From the NCBI GenBank assembly GCA_021847575.1, contig JAJZQO010000001.1:31415-95414 (forward strand): a stretch of DNA of 64,000 bases, in the 5' to 3' direction. This document shows positions 41,331 through 50,998 of the stretch, piece by piece. How positions within the stretch are numbered: position 1 is the first letter of the stretch; every line of letters starts with the position of its first letter. The position numbers and the translations under genes were made by a program. Origin of the DNA: Bacillota bacterium (GTDB lineage: Bacteria > Bacillota > Sulfobacillia > JAJZYS01 > JAJYTV01). The notes beneath the pieces are model-generated. The model saw nothing but the letters and a program-made list of their open reading frames with translations, was not told the DNA's origin and did no database searches.

Positions 41331-44300
41331 CTAGGCGATCGAACCCTCCTCGGGTTCCTCCTGCGCGAGTCCGGCAGTGTGGGGTGCGAGGTGCAGGAAC
41401 CTGGGACGCCAAATGGCCCAATGCCGCAGGATCTCCCGTGCCTTCGCGCTTGAGGTTGCCGCCAGGAACTGCTCGAGCAGGGCGAGCAGTCGCTCTTCAT
41501 CCGGGCCCGCAACTTCGCGCGGTTCGCCCACGTCGGGGTTTATGCGGTCCGCCATGCGCCCATATTCGTCGAGCAGGAAGGCCTCACCGCCGGTCATGCC
41601 CGCGCCGAAGTTGTATCCCGCCTCGCCCAGCACCACCACCGTGCCGCAGGTCATGTACTCGCAGCCGTGCTCGCCTACTCCCTCCACGACAGCCAGGGCG
41701 CCCGAGTTGCGGACGGCGAAGCGCTCACCCGCCCGCCCCGCAGCCAGAAGCACTCCGCCGGTGGCCCCGTACAGGGCGGTGTTGCCCAGCAGCACGTGCT
41801 CGTGGCTCGAACCGCGCAGGGTCGAGTCGGGACGCAGAACGATCTCCCCTCCCGCCATCCCCTTGCCGACGTGGTCATTGGCCATGCCCGTCAGCACGAA
41901 CCGGACCCCGGGTGTCATGAAGGCCCCGAACGACTGACCGGCGGTTCCGTGGAAGTGGACGAGAAGGCTGCCTTCCGCAAGTCCCTGGTCTCCGTGGACC
42001 GATGCGATCGCCCCGAACAGGCGGGCGCCTACCGTGCGATCGGCCGTCTGGATCGGCAGGCGGAGTTCGACCGGACCCCTCCCACCGCCGAGGAGCGCTG
42101 CCGCCCCCGCGAGGAGCGCGCGGTCCAGGGGCGCGGCCTCAGGCACCGGGATGCGGCTCTCGTGCCGCCTGGGCTTGTCAGGGGCGGTATCGCGCGCCAG
42201 AATGGCGCCGAGGTCGAGACGGGGCGAGGAGTCCGAAGATCGCTGCCGCAGGAGATCGCTGCGGCCGATCAGATCCTCGAGACGGTGGTAGCCGAGATCC
42301 GCGAGGATGGCCCGCACTTCCTCGCCGAGAGCGAGGAAGTAGTTCATCACCCCTTCAGGCGTGCCTGGATACTTGCGGCGCAGGCTTTCCTTCTGTGTCG
42401 CCACCCCGACAGGACAGTTGTCGGTGTGGCAGATGCGCATCATCTTGCAGCCCGCGGCGATCATGGCGGCGGTACCGAAACTGAACTCGTCTGCGCCGAG
42501 CAGAGCGGCACGGACGACGTCCTGGCCGTTGCGCAGGCCACCGTCGACGCGCAGCGAGACGCGGGCGCGGAGGCCGTTCGCCACGAGTTCCTGCTGGGCC
42601 TCGCTCAGTCCGATCTCCCAGGGCAGGCCCGCGTTCTTGATCGAGTCGAGCGGGGAACTGCCTGTGCCGCCGGCATGGCCGCTCAGCACAATAATGTCGG
42701 CGCCGGCCTTGGCGACACCGCACGAGATGACGCCGACGCCGCTCTCCGCCACGAGCTTGACGGAGATCTCCGCTTCCGGGTTGACCTGACGCAGGTCGTG
42801 GATGAGTTGCGCCAAGTCCTCGATGGAGTAGATATCGTGATGCGGCGGTGGCGAGATCAGGGGAACGCCCGGCGTCGTGTGGCGCAGGCGCGCCACGAGC
42901 TCAGTCACCTTCGGGCCGGGGATCTGGCCACCTTCGCCTGGCTTCGAGCCCTGCGCCATCTTGATCTGAAGTTCCCTAGCATGTGCCAGATAGCCCGGCG
43001 TGACGCCGAAGCGCCCAGACGCCACCTGCCGGATCGCGCTCTCCCGCTCCGTGCCGTTTCGGGCCGGGTCTTCCCCTCCCTCGCCCGATCCCGAGCGGGC
43101 CCCGAGCCGGTTCATGCCGATGGCAAGGGCCTCGTGAGCCTCGGGCGAGAGCGAGCCCAGGGACATGCTGCCGGAGGAGAACCGACGCACGATACTCGAG
43201 GCTTCCTCCACCTCGCTCTGTGGCACGGGTGGCCGGTCGGATTGCAGGTCGAGCAGGTGGTGCAGCTGCATTGGAGGCTCCGCCTGGAACGCGTACGCGA
43301 GAGCAGCCGCGCGTTCACGCGCTGCGGCTGAGCCGGGCGCCGCGAGCGGCCCTGCGGCCAGGCCCTGCACCGCCGCCACCACCTCAGGGCTGAAGAGATG
43401 TAGCTCTCCGTCGGAGCGATGCTTGTAGAAACCGTGGAGCGGCGGCTTGCCCGATAGCGCAGGGAAGGCCCGCTGGTGCCAGCCGAACATGAGGTGGCCG
43501 ATGTCCTTGAAGCCAAGGCCGCTGACGCGGGAAGGAGTGCCCTGGAAGCAGCCTTCGATGACTTCCTGGCCGACGCCGACCGCCTCGAAGATCTGCGCGC
43601 CGACGTATCCGTCGACGGTGGAGATGCCCATGCGCGCCATCACCTTGCGCAGGCCCTCTTCGAGGGAACGGCGGTACGCGGCCAGGGCCTCGTCCCGACC
43701 GAGGCCCCGCAGGCGTCCAAGGACCGCGAGTTCGGATATGCGGGCGAGCGCGATCCACGGATGGACCGCGTTGGCGCCGTATCCCAGCAAGGTTGCAACG
43801 TGATGCACCTCGCGCGGCTCGCCGAGTTCCGCCACGAGGGAGCAGCGCATGCGGCGCCCGCTTCTTACCAGGCGACTGTGCACGGCTGCCACGGCCAGCA
43901 GGGCCGGCATGGGCACAAGGTCCTCGGACACGGTGCGGTCGGACAGGATGAGGATTCCTGCGCCGCCGTCCACGGCAGCCTCCGCCGCGGCCGTCAGGCG
44001 ATCGAGCGCGGCCGCGAGGCCGTCTGCGCTTTCGGCGCGCGAAAATACGGCGGGAAGGGTTTCTGATCGCATGAGGGGGTTGCGCACGCCGTACTGGCGG
44101 ACGGCGGCCAGTTCGGGCCCGAGCAGGATGGGGCTATCGAGCGCTAGCAGCAGGGCGTGCTCTGGTGTTTCCTGAACGAGGTCACCGCGTGGCCCGAGCA
44201 GGCTCTCCAAGGAGAAGATGCGGGCCTCGCGCAGGTGGTCAATCGGTGGGTTGGTCACCTGTGCGAAGCGCTGCTTGAAGTAGTGGAAAAGCGGGCGCTC

Positions 44301-45812
44301 CATGCGGGACAGCACGGCCAGCGGAGTGTCGTCGCCCATCGATCCGACCGGTGGGTGTCCGTCCTGCACCATGGGTCGTATCACCGCCGCAAGTTCCTCC
44401 GCGCCGTGGCCGAAAGCAGTCTCGAGCTGCTCCAGGAGTTCGCCCATGGGCCCTTCGGGTACGTGCGCGGGCGTGCCGAGGTCCTTGAGGCGCCTGAAGC
44501 CGCGATCCAGCCAGGTGTCGTACGGCTTTGCCGCCGCCACTTCGGCCTTGCACTCGTCGGACTCCAGGATGCGGCCTTGCGCCAGATCAAGGACGAGGAT
44601 GTCGCCCGGTCCGAGGCGCCCGTAGCGGCGGACGTGGCGGGGCGGAATGTCGTGGATGCCTGCTTCGGAGCCGGCGATCACGAGACCGTCGTCACAGATG
44701 GCGTAGCGCATCGGTCTGAGCCCGTTGCGGTCGAGAATGGCGCCCACCAGTTCGCCGTCGCAGAACGAGATGGCCGCGGGTCCGTCCCACGGTTCCGTAC
44801 GGCAGGCGGCGTAGCGGAGATAGGCCTCGCGCTTCGGGTCAAGCGTGCCGTCCCCTCCCCCTGCGGCGCGCAGCAGCGTCAGCAGCGTATGCGCCGCGGG
44901 AAGAGGAGTACCATCGCCCTGCCGCTTCGCCAGGGGGTCAAGAGAGACGAACTCAAGGGCGTTGTCGAGCATGCCCGAGTCGGACGTGGTGCGGTCCACG
45001 AGACCCGGATAGCGCGCCTCGAGCCACTGCACGTTGCCCGCGATCGTGTTGATCTCGCCGTTGTGGCCGAGAAGGCGAAAGGGTTGCGCCCTGGACCACG
45101 ACGACGTGGTATTGGTACTGAAGCGCTGATGGAAGAGCACCGCCTGCGCGGTGAACTCCTCCGCGGCGAGGTCGGGGTAGAAGCGGCAAAGGTCGCGCGG
45201 GGCGATGAGGCCCTTGTAGACCACCGAGCGGCAGGAAAACGAGGCGATGTACGCGGCGTCGTCCGTCAGTTGCCGTTCTAGACGCCTGCGGGCGCGCCAG
45301 AGGCCTTGATCGAAGGTTGCCGGGCGTATACCCGCAGGGCGCGGCACGAGGTACTGCCAGACGTGCGGGGCACTCGCGCTTGCCAGCGGTCCGAGCACTC
45401 CGGGCACGACCGGGACCCGCCGCCAGAGGCCCTTGGGCAGATGCTCCGCCTGCATAGCCGCTTCGAGTGCCGACTTCCAATGCTCGCGCTCTGCGCTTAC
45501 CCGCGGCAAAAAGCACATGGCTACGCCGAACTCGGTGTCCTTGTCGGCATTGCCGCCAAGTTCCCGATATTTCAAGTGAAAGAATTCATGTGGCATGGCG
45601 GCAAGAATGCCTGTGCCGTCGCTTGTCAGGCCATCGGCTGCAACCGCACCGCGGTGGCCGAGGCGCCCGAGCGCCTCGAGTGCGAGGTCGACGACGCGGC
45701 GCGACGGTTCGCGCACACTGGCGACGAAGCCCACACCGCAGGCGTCGCGCTCTCGGAGAGCATCGATCTGGGATCCGGAACCCGCAAACGCATACTCGCT
45801 TCCCAGAGACAT
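41331..45812 (-). CDS. gltB: Glutamate synthase large subunit
   Basis: ERDACGVGF (Ntn Cys), HQRFSTNT, HNGEINT, QGSKPGEGG, CKMMRICHTDNCPVG 3Fe-4S motif; GAGGAGG RBS. Confidence 0.97.
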   Translation of the reverse strand: MSLGSEYAFAGSGSQIDALRERDACGVGFVASVREPSRRVVDLALEALGRLGHRGAVAADGLTSDGTGILAAMPHEFFHLKYRELGGNADKDTEFGVAMCFLPRVSAEREHWKSALEAAMQAEHLPKGLWRRVPVVPGVLGPLASASAPHVWQYLVPRPAGIRPATFDQGLWRARRRLERQLTDDAAYIASFSCRSVVYKGLIAPRDLCRFYPDLAAEEFTAQAVLFHQRFSTNTTSSWSRAQPFRLLGHNGEINTIAGNVQWLEARYPGLVDRTTSDSGMLDNALEFVSLDPLAKRQGDGTPLPAAHTLLTLLRAAGGGDGTLDPKREAYLRYAACRTEPWDGPAAISFCDGELVGAILDRNGLRPMRYAICDDGLVIAGSEAGIHDIPPRHVRRYGRLGPGDILVLDLAQGRILESDECKAEVAAAKPYDTWLDRGFRRLKDLGTPAHVPEGPMGELLEQLETAFGHGAEELAAVIRPMVQDGHPPVGSMGDDTPLAVLSRMERPLFHYFKQRFAQVTNPPIDHLREARIFSLESLLGPRGDLVQETPEHALLLALDSPILLGPELAAVRQYGVRNPLMRSETLPAVFSRAESADGLAAALDRLTAAAEAAVDGGAGILILSDRTVSEDLVPMPALLAVAAVHSRLVRSGRRMRCSLVAELGEPREVHHVATLLGYGANAVHPWIALARISELAVLGRLRGLGRDEALAAYRRSLEEGLRKVMARMGISTVDGYVGAQIFEAVGVGQEVIEGCFQGTPSRVSGLGFKDIGHLMFGWHQRAFPALSGKPPLHGFYKHRSDGELHLFSPEVVAAVQGLAAGPLAAPGSAAARERAAALAYAFQAEPPMQLHHLLDLQSDRPPVPQSEVEEASSIVRRFSSGSMSLGSLSPEAHEALAIGMNRLGARSGSGEGGEDPARNGTERESAIRQVASGRFGVTPGYLAHARELQIKMAQGSKPGEGGQIPGPKVTELVARLRHTTPGVPLISPPPHHDIYSIEDLAQLIHDLRQVNPEAEISVKLVAESGVGVISCGVAKAGADIIVLSGHAGGTGSSPLDSIKNAGLPWEIGLSEAQQELVANGLRARVSLRVDGGLRNGQDVVRAALLGADEFSFGTAAMIAAGCKMMRICHTDNCPVGVATQKESLRRKYPGTPEGVMNYFLALGEEVRAILADLGYHRLEDLIGRSDLLRQRSSDSSPRLDLGAILARDTAPDKPRRHESRIPVPEAAPLDRALLAGAAALLGGGRGPVELRLPIQTADRTVGARLFGAIASVHGDQGLAEGSLLVHFHGTAGQSFGAFMTPGVRFVLTGMANDHVGKGMAGGEIVLRPDSTLRGSSHEHVLLGNTALYGATGGVLLAAGRAGERFAVRNSGALAVVEGVGEHGCEYMTCGTVVVLGEAGYNFGAGMTGGEAFLLDEYGRMADRINPDVGEPREVAGPDEERLLALLEQFLAATSSAKAREILRHWAIWRPRFLHLAPHTAGLAQEEPEEGSIA

Positions 45813-45815
45813 CGA

Positions 45816-45859
45816 TGCCCCTCCTCTCTGCGGTTCGGCGCAGATCTCGAGGAGAGGCA
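45816..45859 (-). promoter_or_regulatory. Shine-Dalgarno-sequestering hairpin (riboswitch expression platform)
   Basis: Minus strand UGCCUCUCCUC pairs with GAGGAGGGGCA (the gltB SD), with inner stem UCUGCG/CGCAGA. Confidence 0.7.
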
Positions 45860-45931
45860 CGGCTTTCGGCGTATGACCGTACGCCGCGCAGACCGCCTGT
45901 TCAGGTGCGGTCGCCGAAGGCCGGATCCTTG

Positions 45932-46093
45932 AGATAGCGCTCCACCGGTGAACCGGTGACAGCCTTGCACCTCTTCGATGCAAGTCCAACGGTACGGGCT
46001 GGGCGCCCGGTCCGTTTCGGCGGAGGTCCCTTTCACGGCGGGTCGTGGCTGCCCGGCTCGCCGCCGCTACTCTTGGCCTTCGCGCCTCTATCT
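45932..46093 (-). ncRNA. Lysine riboswitch aptamer (L-box)
   Basis: Minus strand AGAUAGAGGCGC...AGUA...GAAAGG...CGCCGAA...UUGG...CUGUC...GGAGCGCUAUCU; P1-P5 all pair; L2 GGGC / L3 GCCC kissing complement. Confidence 0.9.
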
Positions 46094-46135
46094 GCCCTCC
46101 GTGGCAACGGAGGGAAGCACAGGTTTTAAGCCAAT

Positions 46136-46164
46136 ACTCTACGGCCTGGAAGGCATGCAGTCAA
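46136..46164 (-). promoter_or_regulatory. SigA-type promoter for riboswitch-gltB
   Basis: TTGACT-17 bp-TAGAGT on minus strand. Confidence 0.6.
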
Positions 46165-46220
46165 TGGCCCAATGTACGCATTGTTATGCAGTTCCGGTTG
46201 TGACGGAGGATACCGGCCGC

Positions 46221-46487
46221 AAGCCCCTGGCTTCAGCCAGGCTTCAGCATTGGGACAAGTCCGACTCAAACCGGGGGTGCCAGTAAATAGGTATAAGCAG
46301 TAGAGTTGAGGTATAGAGCGGCAGTTCAAGTCCAACCGCAACGTTGTCTACTCCTGCAAGTACCACGTGGTCTGGTGCCCCCAAGTACCGCCGCCGGGTT
46401 GTTGCCGACGGGGTGGGCAGGACCATGTGCATCTGCTGGTCGAGGTCGACCCGCAGTTCCTGGCTTCAGCCGTGGGGAGAACGTCAA
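46221..46487 (+). mobile_element. Internally deleted IS200/IS605-family remnant
   Basis: tnpA pieces VYSCKYHVVWCPKYRR and DHVHLLVEVDPQF (HUH); CCTGGCTTCAGCC end-hairpin repeat at both ends; ends in TCAA. Confidence 0.8.
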
Positions 46488-46591
46488 ACTGCAGCGAGAC
46501 GCAGCAGTTTGGGTGCAAAGTGCAGCATTAATCTTCGGGCTGACGGCTGGAACACGACGCGACTTGGCCGGTATTTTGCGGCCGCAGCGCC

Positions 46592-47434
46592 TCAGACCTC
46601 GCTCCTCTCGCACTTGCGCACCACAAAGAAGCCTGACCGCGATGCGGCGAGAAAACTGCCGTCACGCGTTATCACCATGTCGATCCGCTTGCCGACTTCG
46701 GTGAGCACGCGTTCCCGAAGCGACGTGGGCGCACCCGCCTGATCGAGGGCGGCGTCGATCGGGCCGGACGAGAGGAACAGGAGCGCGGGCTCCACGGCGT
46801 CGAAGCGAAAGCCGGCGGGGAAACTCAGGAGTTCAGGCGGCGCAGGCGTGAAGTTGGCGCCGTTCTCGAGAGAGAAGCGCATTGCGGGGCTGGCGATCTC
46901 CCCGATGCGATAGCCCAGCGACGTCAGGCTCTGCGCCATCAGGTCGAACAGCGCCTTGTACGGCCGCTCGGTGGTTGTCGTGGCCAGCAGGAGCCCCTCG
47001 GGACGCAGCACGCGCCAGGCTTCTGCGAGTGCCAGGCGGATGTCGGGCACGTGGTAAAGCATGAAATGGAGGCCAGCCCAGTCAAAGCTGCCGTCTGGCC
47101 AGGGAAGGCTCTGGGCGTCCCCCAGGAGAGCCTGGGCATTCGGATCGCCGCCCACTTCCGCCTCGAGGCGGGCAACCATTCCCTCGGACCGGTCGAGGCC
47201 GACGTAGCGCACCGACGGGCCGAGCAGCCGCCGAACCGCGTGGTACCAGCTGCCTGTGCCCGCTCCGATGTCAAGCACCGCCGCGGGATGGCGGCGGCGT
47301 GCGGCCTCGCTCGTGATCGTCGCGAAGATGTCATGCGGCTGAATGCCATACCTGCGATGCGTTTGCGTGCGCACGGACAGACCTTGAGCGTCCCCGTACG
47401 CTTTTGCGAGAAAATCGGCTTCATCGAAGCGCAT
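46592..47434 (-). CDS. Class I SAM-dependent methyltransferase
   Basis: VLDIGAGTG, GLDRSEGM, GDAQSLP..DGSFD, HFMLYHVPD, RVLRPEG. Confidence 0.9.
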   Translation of the reverse strand: MRFDEADFLAKAYGDAQGLSVRTQTHRRYGIQPHDIFATITSEAARRRHPAAVLDIGAGTGSWYHAVRRLLGPSVRYVGLDRSEGMVARLEAEVGGDPNAQALLGDAQSLPWPDGSFDWAGLHFMLYHVPDIRLALAEAWRVLRPEGLLLATTTTERPYKALFDLMAQSLTSLGYRIGEIASPAMRFSLENGANFTPAPPELLSFPAGFRFDAVEPALLFLSSGPIDAALDQAGAPTSLRERVLTEVGKRIDMVITRDGSFLAASRSGFFVVRKCERSEV

Positions 47435-48285
47435 TCGAAGATCCCCCTCTGCCATTGTCTGACATGTCAAGTATGCGGCGGGCCTGCCGCCATGACGAGG
47501 GGAGTCGCTGTTTCACCGAAAGAAGGAGACCTTTGGACCGCACGCCCAAGCCTCCGGCCATGTCGCTGGACGTCACAGGAGACCAGCTCGAGACCTAAGC
47601 GCACCCTTTGGCGACGCGTCACCATCCGAGGGCGATGGATCGGGATGATGCCGTCGCACTGATCCGGAGCAACCAGGCCGGGTACGAGCAGGATGGGACC
47701 GGCTTATGGTCGTCGGGCGCATGGAAACGCGTGGTTCGTCGCAAACCGGTGGAGCGATTGCCGCAAACCGTCGACGAGGCGCCGGAAAAGACGCCCCCTG
47801 CCTTACGTGAGGCGCTTGCGGGAAACGACTACGCCACGGAAGCAGGGTCTCATGTCGCGAATGGTGGCGTCCGCAGCAGGACGGGTCGCGATTTGTCTCC
47901 TTTCATTCACGCCTGCGACATGCCGTCCACGAAGGTGGCGCAGCGGAATGGCATTCCTTGCGGCGTTGAAACTGGCGGAACCAGGGCGCGTGCCGCTACA
48001 GGTGCGTGCAGTTGCGCGCGGATGCGGCTCGGCGCTGAAGGTTTGCTGGGCGCTTTGCCATCACTATCGACGTCCACACGCTTGCATCCGGAGCCGGAAT
48101 GTGCCGCTTTCGCGCATGGCGGGCTGCGACGGCGACCTGCGGCCTTGGACCACAAGGAGTGAGAATCCTGCGCTCTAGAACAACACTTCTGGCTGGTCGC
48201 GATCTTGCACAGACGGCAGGTCTCCACTAAACTAGTTCTGCCGCGTAAGGCGGGCTCCAACGGGCGCCTTACGCACGTGGCACAC

Positions 48286-48364
48286 GCCCCTGTAGCTCAG
48301 GTGGATAGAGCGGGGGTTTCCTAAACCCTGTCTGCCGGGGGTTCGAGTCCTCCCAGGGGCGCCA
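48286..48364 (+). tRNA. tRNA-Arg(CCT)
   Basis: Cloverleaf, anticodon loop TTCCTAA, GTTCGAGT T-loop, encoded CCA. Confidence 0.9.
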
Positions 48365-48380
48365 TTTCCATGTTCCGGGG

Positions 48381-48836
48381 GTGTCGGCGCTGCACAGCAC
48401 GTTCATGCAGTTGGCGCTGGCAGAGGCCCGGGCGGCCTTGAGGGTCGGCGAGGTTCCCGTGGGCGCGGTGGTCGTGTCGGCCCAAGGAGAGGTGCTCGCA
48501 AGGGCGTACAACTTGCGCGAGACCGAAACGGATCCCACGGCTCACGCCGAGATCCTGGCCATGCGCGAGGCAGGCAGGCGGCTTGGCAACTGGCGGCTCA
48601 GTGGAGCGACGCTTTACGTCACACTGGAGCCGTGCCCGATGTGCGCCGCGGCGATCGTTCTTGCGCGCGTGCAGCGGGTGGTGTTCGCGGCCCAGGACCC
48701 GAGGCTGGGAGCGGCCGGCTCGCGGCTCCAGCTGTTTGCGGAGCTTGCGGGAGATTGGCCGGTGGACGTCATCGGCGGTGTCTTGGAGGAGGAGGCCTCC
48801 ACGCTGCTCAAGGACTTCTTTGCCGGTCGGAGGTAA
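48381..48836 (+). CDS. tadA: tRNA adenosine(34) deaminase
   Basis: GEVPVGAV, PTAHAE, TLEPCPMC. Confidence 0.95.
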   Translation: MSALHSTFMQLALAEARAALRVGEVPVGAVVVSAQGEVLARAYNLRETETDPTAHAEILAMREAGRRLGNWRLSGATLYVTLEPCPMCAAAIVLARVQRVVFAAQDPRLGAAGSRLQLFAELAGDWPVDVIGGVLEEEASTLLKDFFAGRR

Positions 48837-48841
48837 GTTTC

Positions 48842-48935
48842 GGAGGGGTGTCCGAGCGGTTGAAGGAGCCGCACTCGAAATGCGGTAGGCGGGCACAAAC
48901 CTGCCTCGTGGGTTCGAATCCCACCCCCTCCGCCA
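48842..48935 (+). tRNA. tRNA-Ser(CGA)
   Basis: Long variable arm, anticodon loop CTCGAAA, G73-CCA. Confidence 0.95.
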
Positions 48936-48950
48936 TCATTGACAGCTTTC

Positions 48951-49044
48951 GGAGAGGTGTCCGAGTGGCCGAAGGAGCATGACTGGAAATCATGCAGGCG
49001 GGCTGAAACCTGCCTCGTGGGTTCGAATCCCACCCTCTCCGCCA
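48951..49044 (+). tRNA. tRNA-Ser(GGA)
   Basis: Long variable arm, anticodon loop CTGGAAA, G73-CCA. Confidence 0.95.
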
Positions 49045-49083
49045 GTTTTTCGGTTGGCGAAATAGCCGCCGAACCTTTGCAGA

Positions 49084-49190
49084 GCTTGCGTCCGGGTACC
49101 GCGCGACGGTCAGCCCCAAACCCCGCTAGGCCCGAGAGGGAGCAACGGTACAGGGTGGAGCCGGGCGATGCGGTGCGCCTGGGCGCAAGG
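49084..49190 (+). ncRNA. ffs: Signal recognition particle RNA
   Basis: Long hairpin with helix-8-like CTAGGCCC-GAGA-GGGAGCA; conserved position just upstream of dnaX. Confidence 0.75.
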
Positions 49191-49285
49191 CCTTTCAGAC
49201 GGAGAGCTGTGCCACGACACGGCTCTCCGTCGGCCTACAGGTGCCCGGCCATCCCGGGAAGAATAACCTGCCGGAGGTGACAGCG

Positions 49286-50683
49286 TTGTACCGTGCCCTC
49301 TACCGTAGCTTCAGACCCGCGCGCTTCGGCGATGTGATCGGGCAGGAGCTTGCGGTGCGGGTCTTGCGCAACGCGGTCCGGCGTGGCCGTATCGCCCATG
49401 CGTACCTGCTTTCCGGTCCACGCGGCACCGGAAAGACATCGCTCGCCAAGATCATGGCACGCGCCGTGAACTGCCTTGATCCGCAGGACGGCGAACCGTG
49501 CGGCAAGTGCAGCGTCTGCACGGGCAGCGGTCTGCACACCGTGGAGATTGATGCGGCGAGCAACCGCGGCATCGACGAGATCCGGGACCTGCGCGAGCGG
49601 GCGCGCTACGCCCCGCCCGAGGGACGGTACAGGGTCTACATCGTGGATGAGGTCCACATGCTGACCACAGAGGCGTTCAACGCCCTGCTCAAGCTGCTCG
49701 AGGAGCCACCGCCGCAGCTCCTGTTCATGCTGGCCACGACAGAACCGCATCGCCTGCCCGCGACCGTGCTGTCGCGCTGCCAGCGCCTGAGCCTCCTGCC
49801 GCACAGCGAGGAGAATATCGAGCGGCAACTGCTCGCTATCGCCCCGGCTGCGGAGATCACGGTCGATTCCGAAGCGGCGAAGCTTGTCGCGCGCAAGGCG
49901 GACGGGAGCCTGCGCGACGCCCTCGCGCTCCTGGAACTGTGCGCAGGGCATGGAGATGGCAGGGTGGATCTCGAGACAGTCCTGCTCGCGACGGGCTCGC
50001 TGGATGAGGCCGAGATCGGGAACTTTCTTGAGATGATCACGCACGGTGATGGCCCTGCGGCGCTTGATTGGCTTGCGGTGCAAGAAGCGCGAGGTGCTGA
50101 TCTGCGCCAGCTGGCTGGCGATGCGATCGAGATCCTGCGCAGGCGCATGCACGCGGCGTTCGCCTCGCATCATGACGCGGACGCGCCGGTGCTGCTGCGC
50201 CTCCTCGAGCGTCTGGCCGCTCTCGATACCGACCTGCGACGGGGCATGGAGTCTCGGCTGGCCTGGGAGCTCCTGGCCGCACACGGGCTGGCGGCGGAAG
50301 AACAGGTGAAGGAGGCCCCGGCCTCGCCGCCGGCGCAGGCCGTCCCTGCGAGGGCGGTGCGGCGGGCGCAGCCGGAGACGCGACTGCCATCGCCTGCACC
50401 GGCGGCCGCGCCGCGGCCGCGGTCGGATCCGGCGGCCAAGCCGGTTTCGAGTGAGTTCCACGCGGGCTTTATCGGGCGCGTGCACGACGCTCGCGCCAAG
50501 GCTGTGCTCGAGCATGCTCAGGTGTACGATGCCGGCGACAGTTGGGAGGTGCGCTTTCGGGCCCGGCCCCTGCTCGCAGTGGCCGAGCTGCCGGAGGTGG
50601 AACGCGCCATCAGAAACGCGCTGGAACGCGCGGGCGGTGCCCGCCCTGTTCGTTTCACCGTTTCCGAGCAAGGAGGAGATTGA
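49286..50683 (+). CDS. dnaX: DNA polymerase III gamma/tau subunit
   Basis: YRALYRSFRP, GPRGTGKT, EIDAASN, DEVHML, SRC; TTG start after GGAGGTG. Confidence 0.97.
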   Translation: MYRALYRSFRPARFGDVIGQELAVRVLRNAVRRGRIAHAYLLSGPRGTGKTSLAKIMARAVNCLDPQDGEPCGKCSVCTGSGLHTVEIDAASNRGIDEIRDLRERARYAPPEGRYRVYIVDEVHMLTTEAFNALLKLLEEPPPQLLFMLATTEPHRLPATVLSRCQRLSLLPHSEENIERQLLAIAPAAEITVDSEAAKLVARKADGSLRDALALLELCAGHGDGRVDLETVLLATGSLDEAEIGNFLEMITHGDGPAALDWLAVQEARGADLRQLAGDAIEILRRRMHAAFASHHDADAPVLLRLLERLAALDTDLRRGMESRLAWELLAAHGLAAEEQVKEAPASPPAQAVPARAVRRAQPETRLPSPAPAAAPRPRSDPAAKPVSSEFHAGFIGRVHDARAKAVLEHAQVYDAGDSWEVRFRARPLLAVAELPEVERAIRNALERAGGARPVRFTVSEQGGD

Positions 50684-50998
50684 GTGGGTTTCGGCAACAT
50701 GCAGCAGATGATGAAACAGGTCCAGAAGATGCAGCGTGACATGCAGCGCGTTCAGGAGGAACTGAAGGAACGCGAGGTCGAGGGAAGCGCCGGGGGCGGC
50801 GCAGTCCAGGTCGCCATGACGTGCGGCTTCGACGTGAAGTCTGTCACGATCAAGGCTGAGGCCGTCGACGCCAGCGACCCTGAATTTCTTGCGGAGCTGG
50901 TGCGCCAGGCGATGCAGTCCGCGCTCGACCGCATTCAGGAGGTGACGCAGAGCGAAATGGGCAAGGTGACGGGCGGCATGCGCCTGCCCGGAATGTGA
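50684..50998 (+). CDS. ybaB: YbaB/EbfC nucleoid-associated protein
   Basis: NMQQMMKQVQKMQ...GSAGGGAV; synteny. Confidence 0.95.
   Translation: MGFGNMQQMMKQVQKMQRDMQRVQEELKEREVEGSAGGGAVQVAMTCGFDVKSVTIKAEAVDASDPEFLAELVRQAMQSALDRIQEVTQSEMGKVTGGMRLPGM

Noticed and set aside
47470-48200. Possible pseudogene after AAGGAG RBS at about 47523
   Set aside because: Early stop and no recognisable family; cannot be supported without a search
48842-49044. Near-identical direct repeats as att site or CRISPR
   Set aside because: Explained by two tandem tRNA-Ser genes
49286-50683. Programmed frameshift in dnaX
   Set aside because: No A-rich slippery heptamer or poly-T/A run seen
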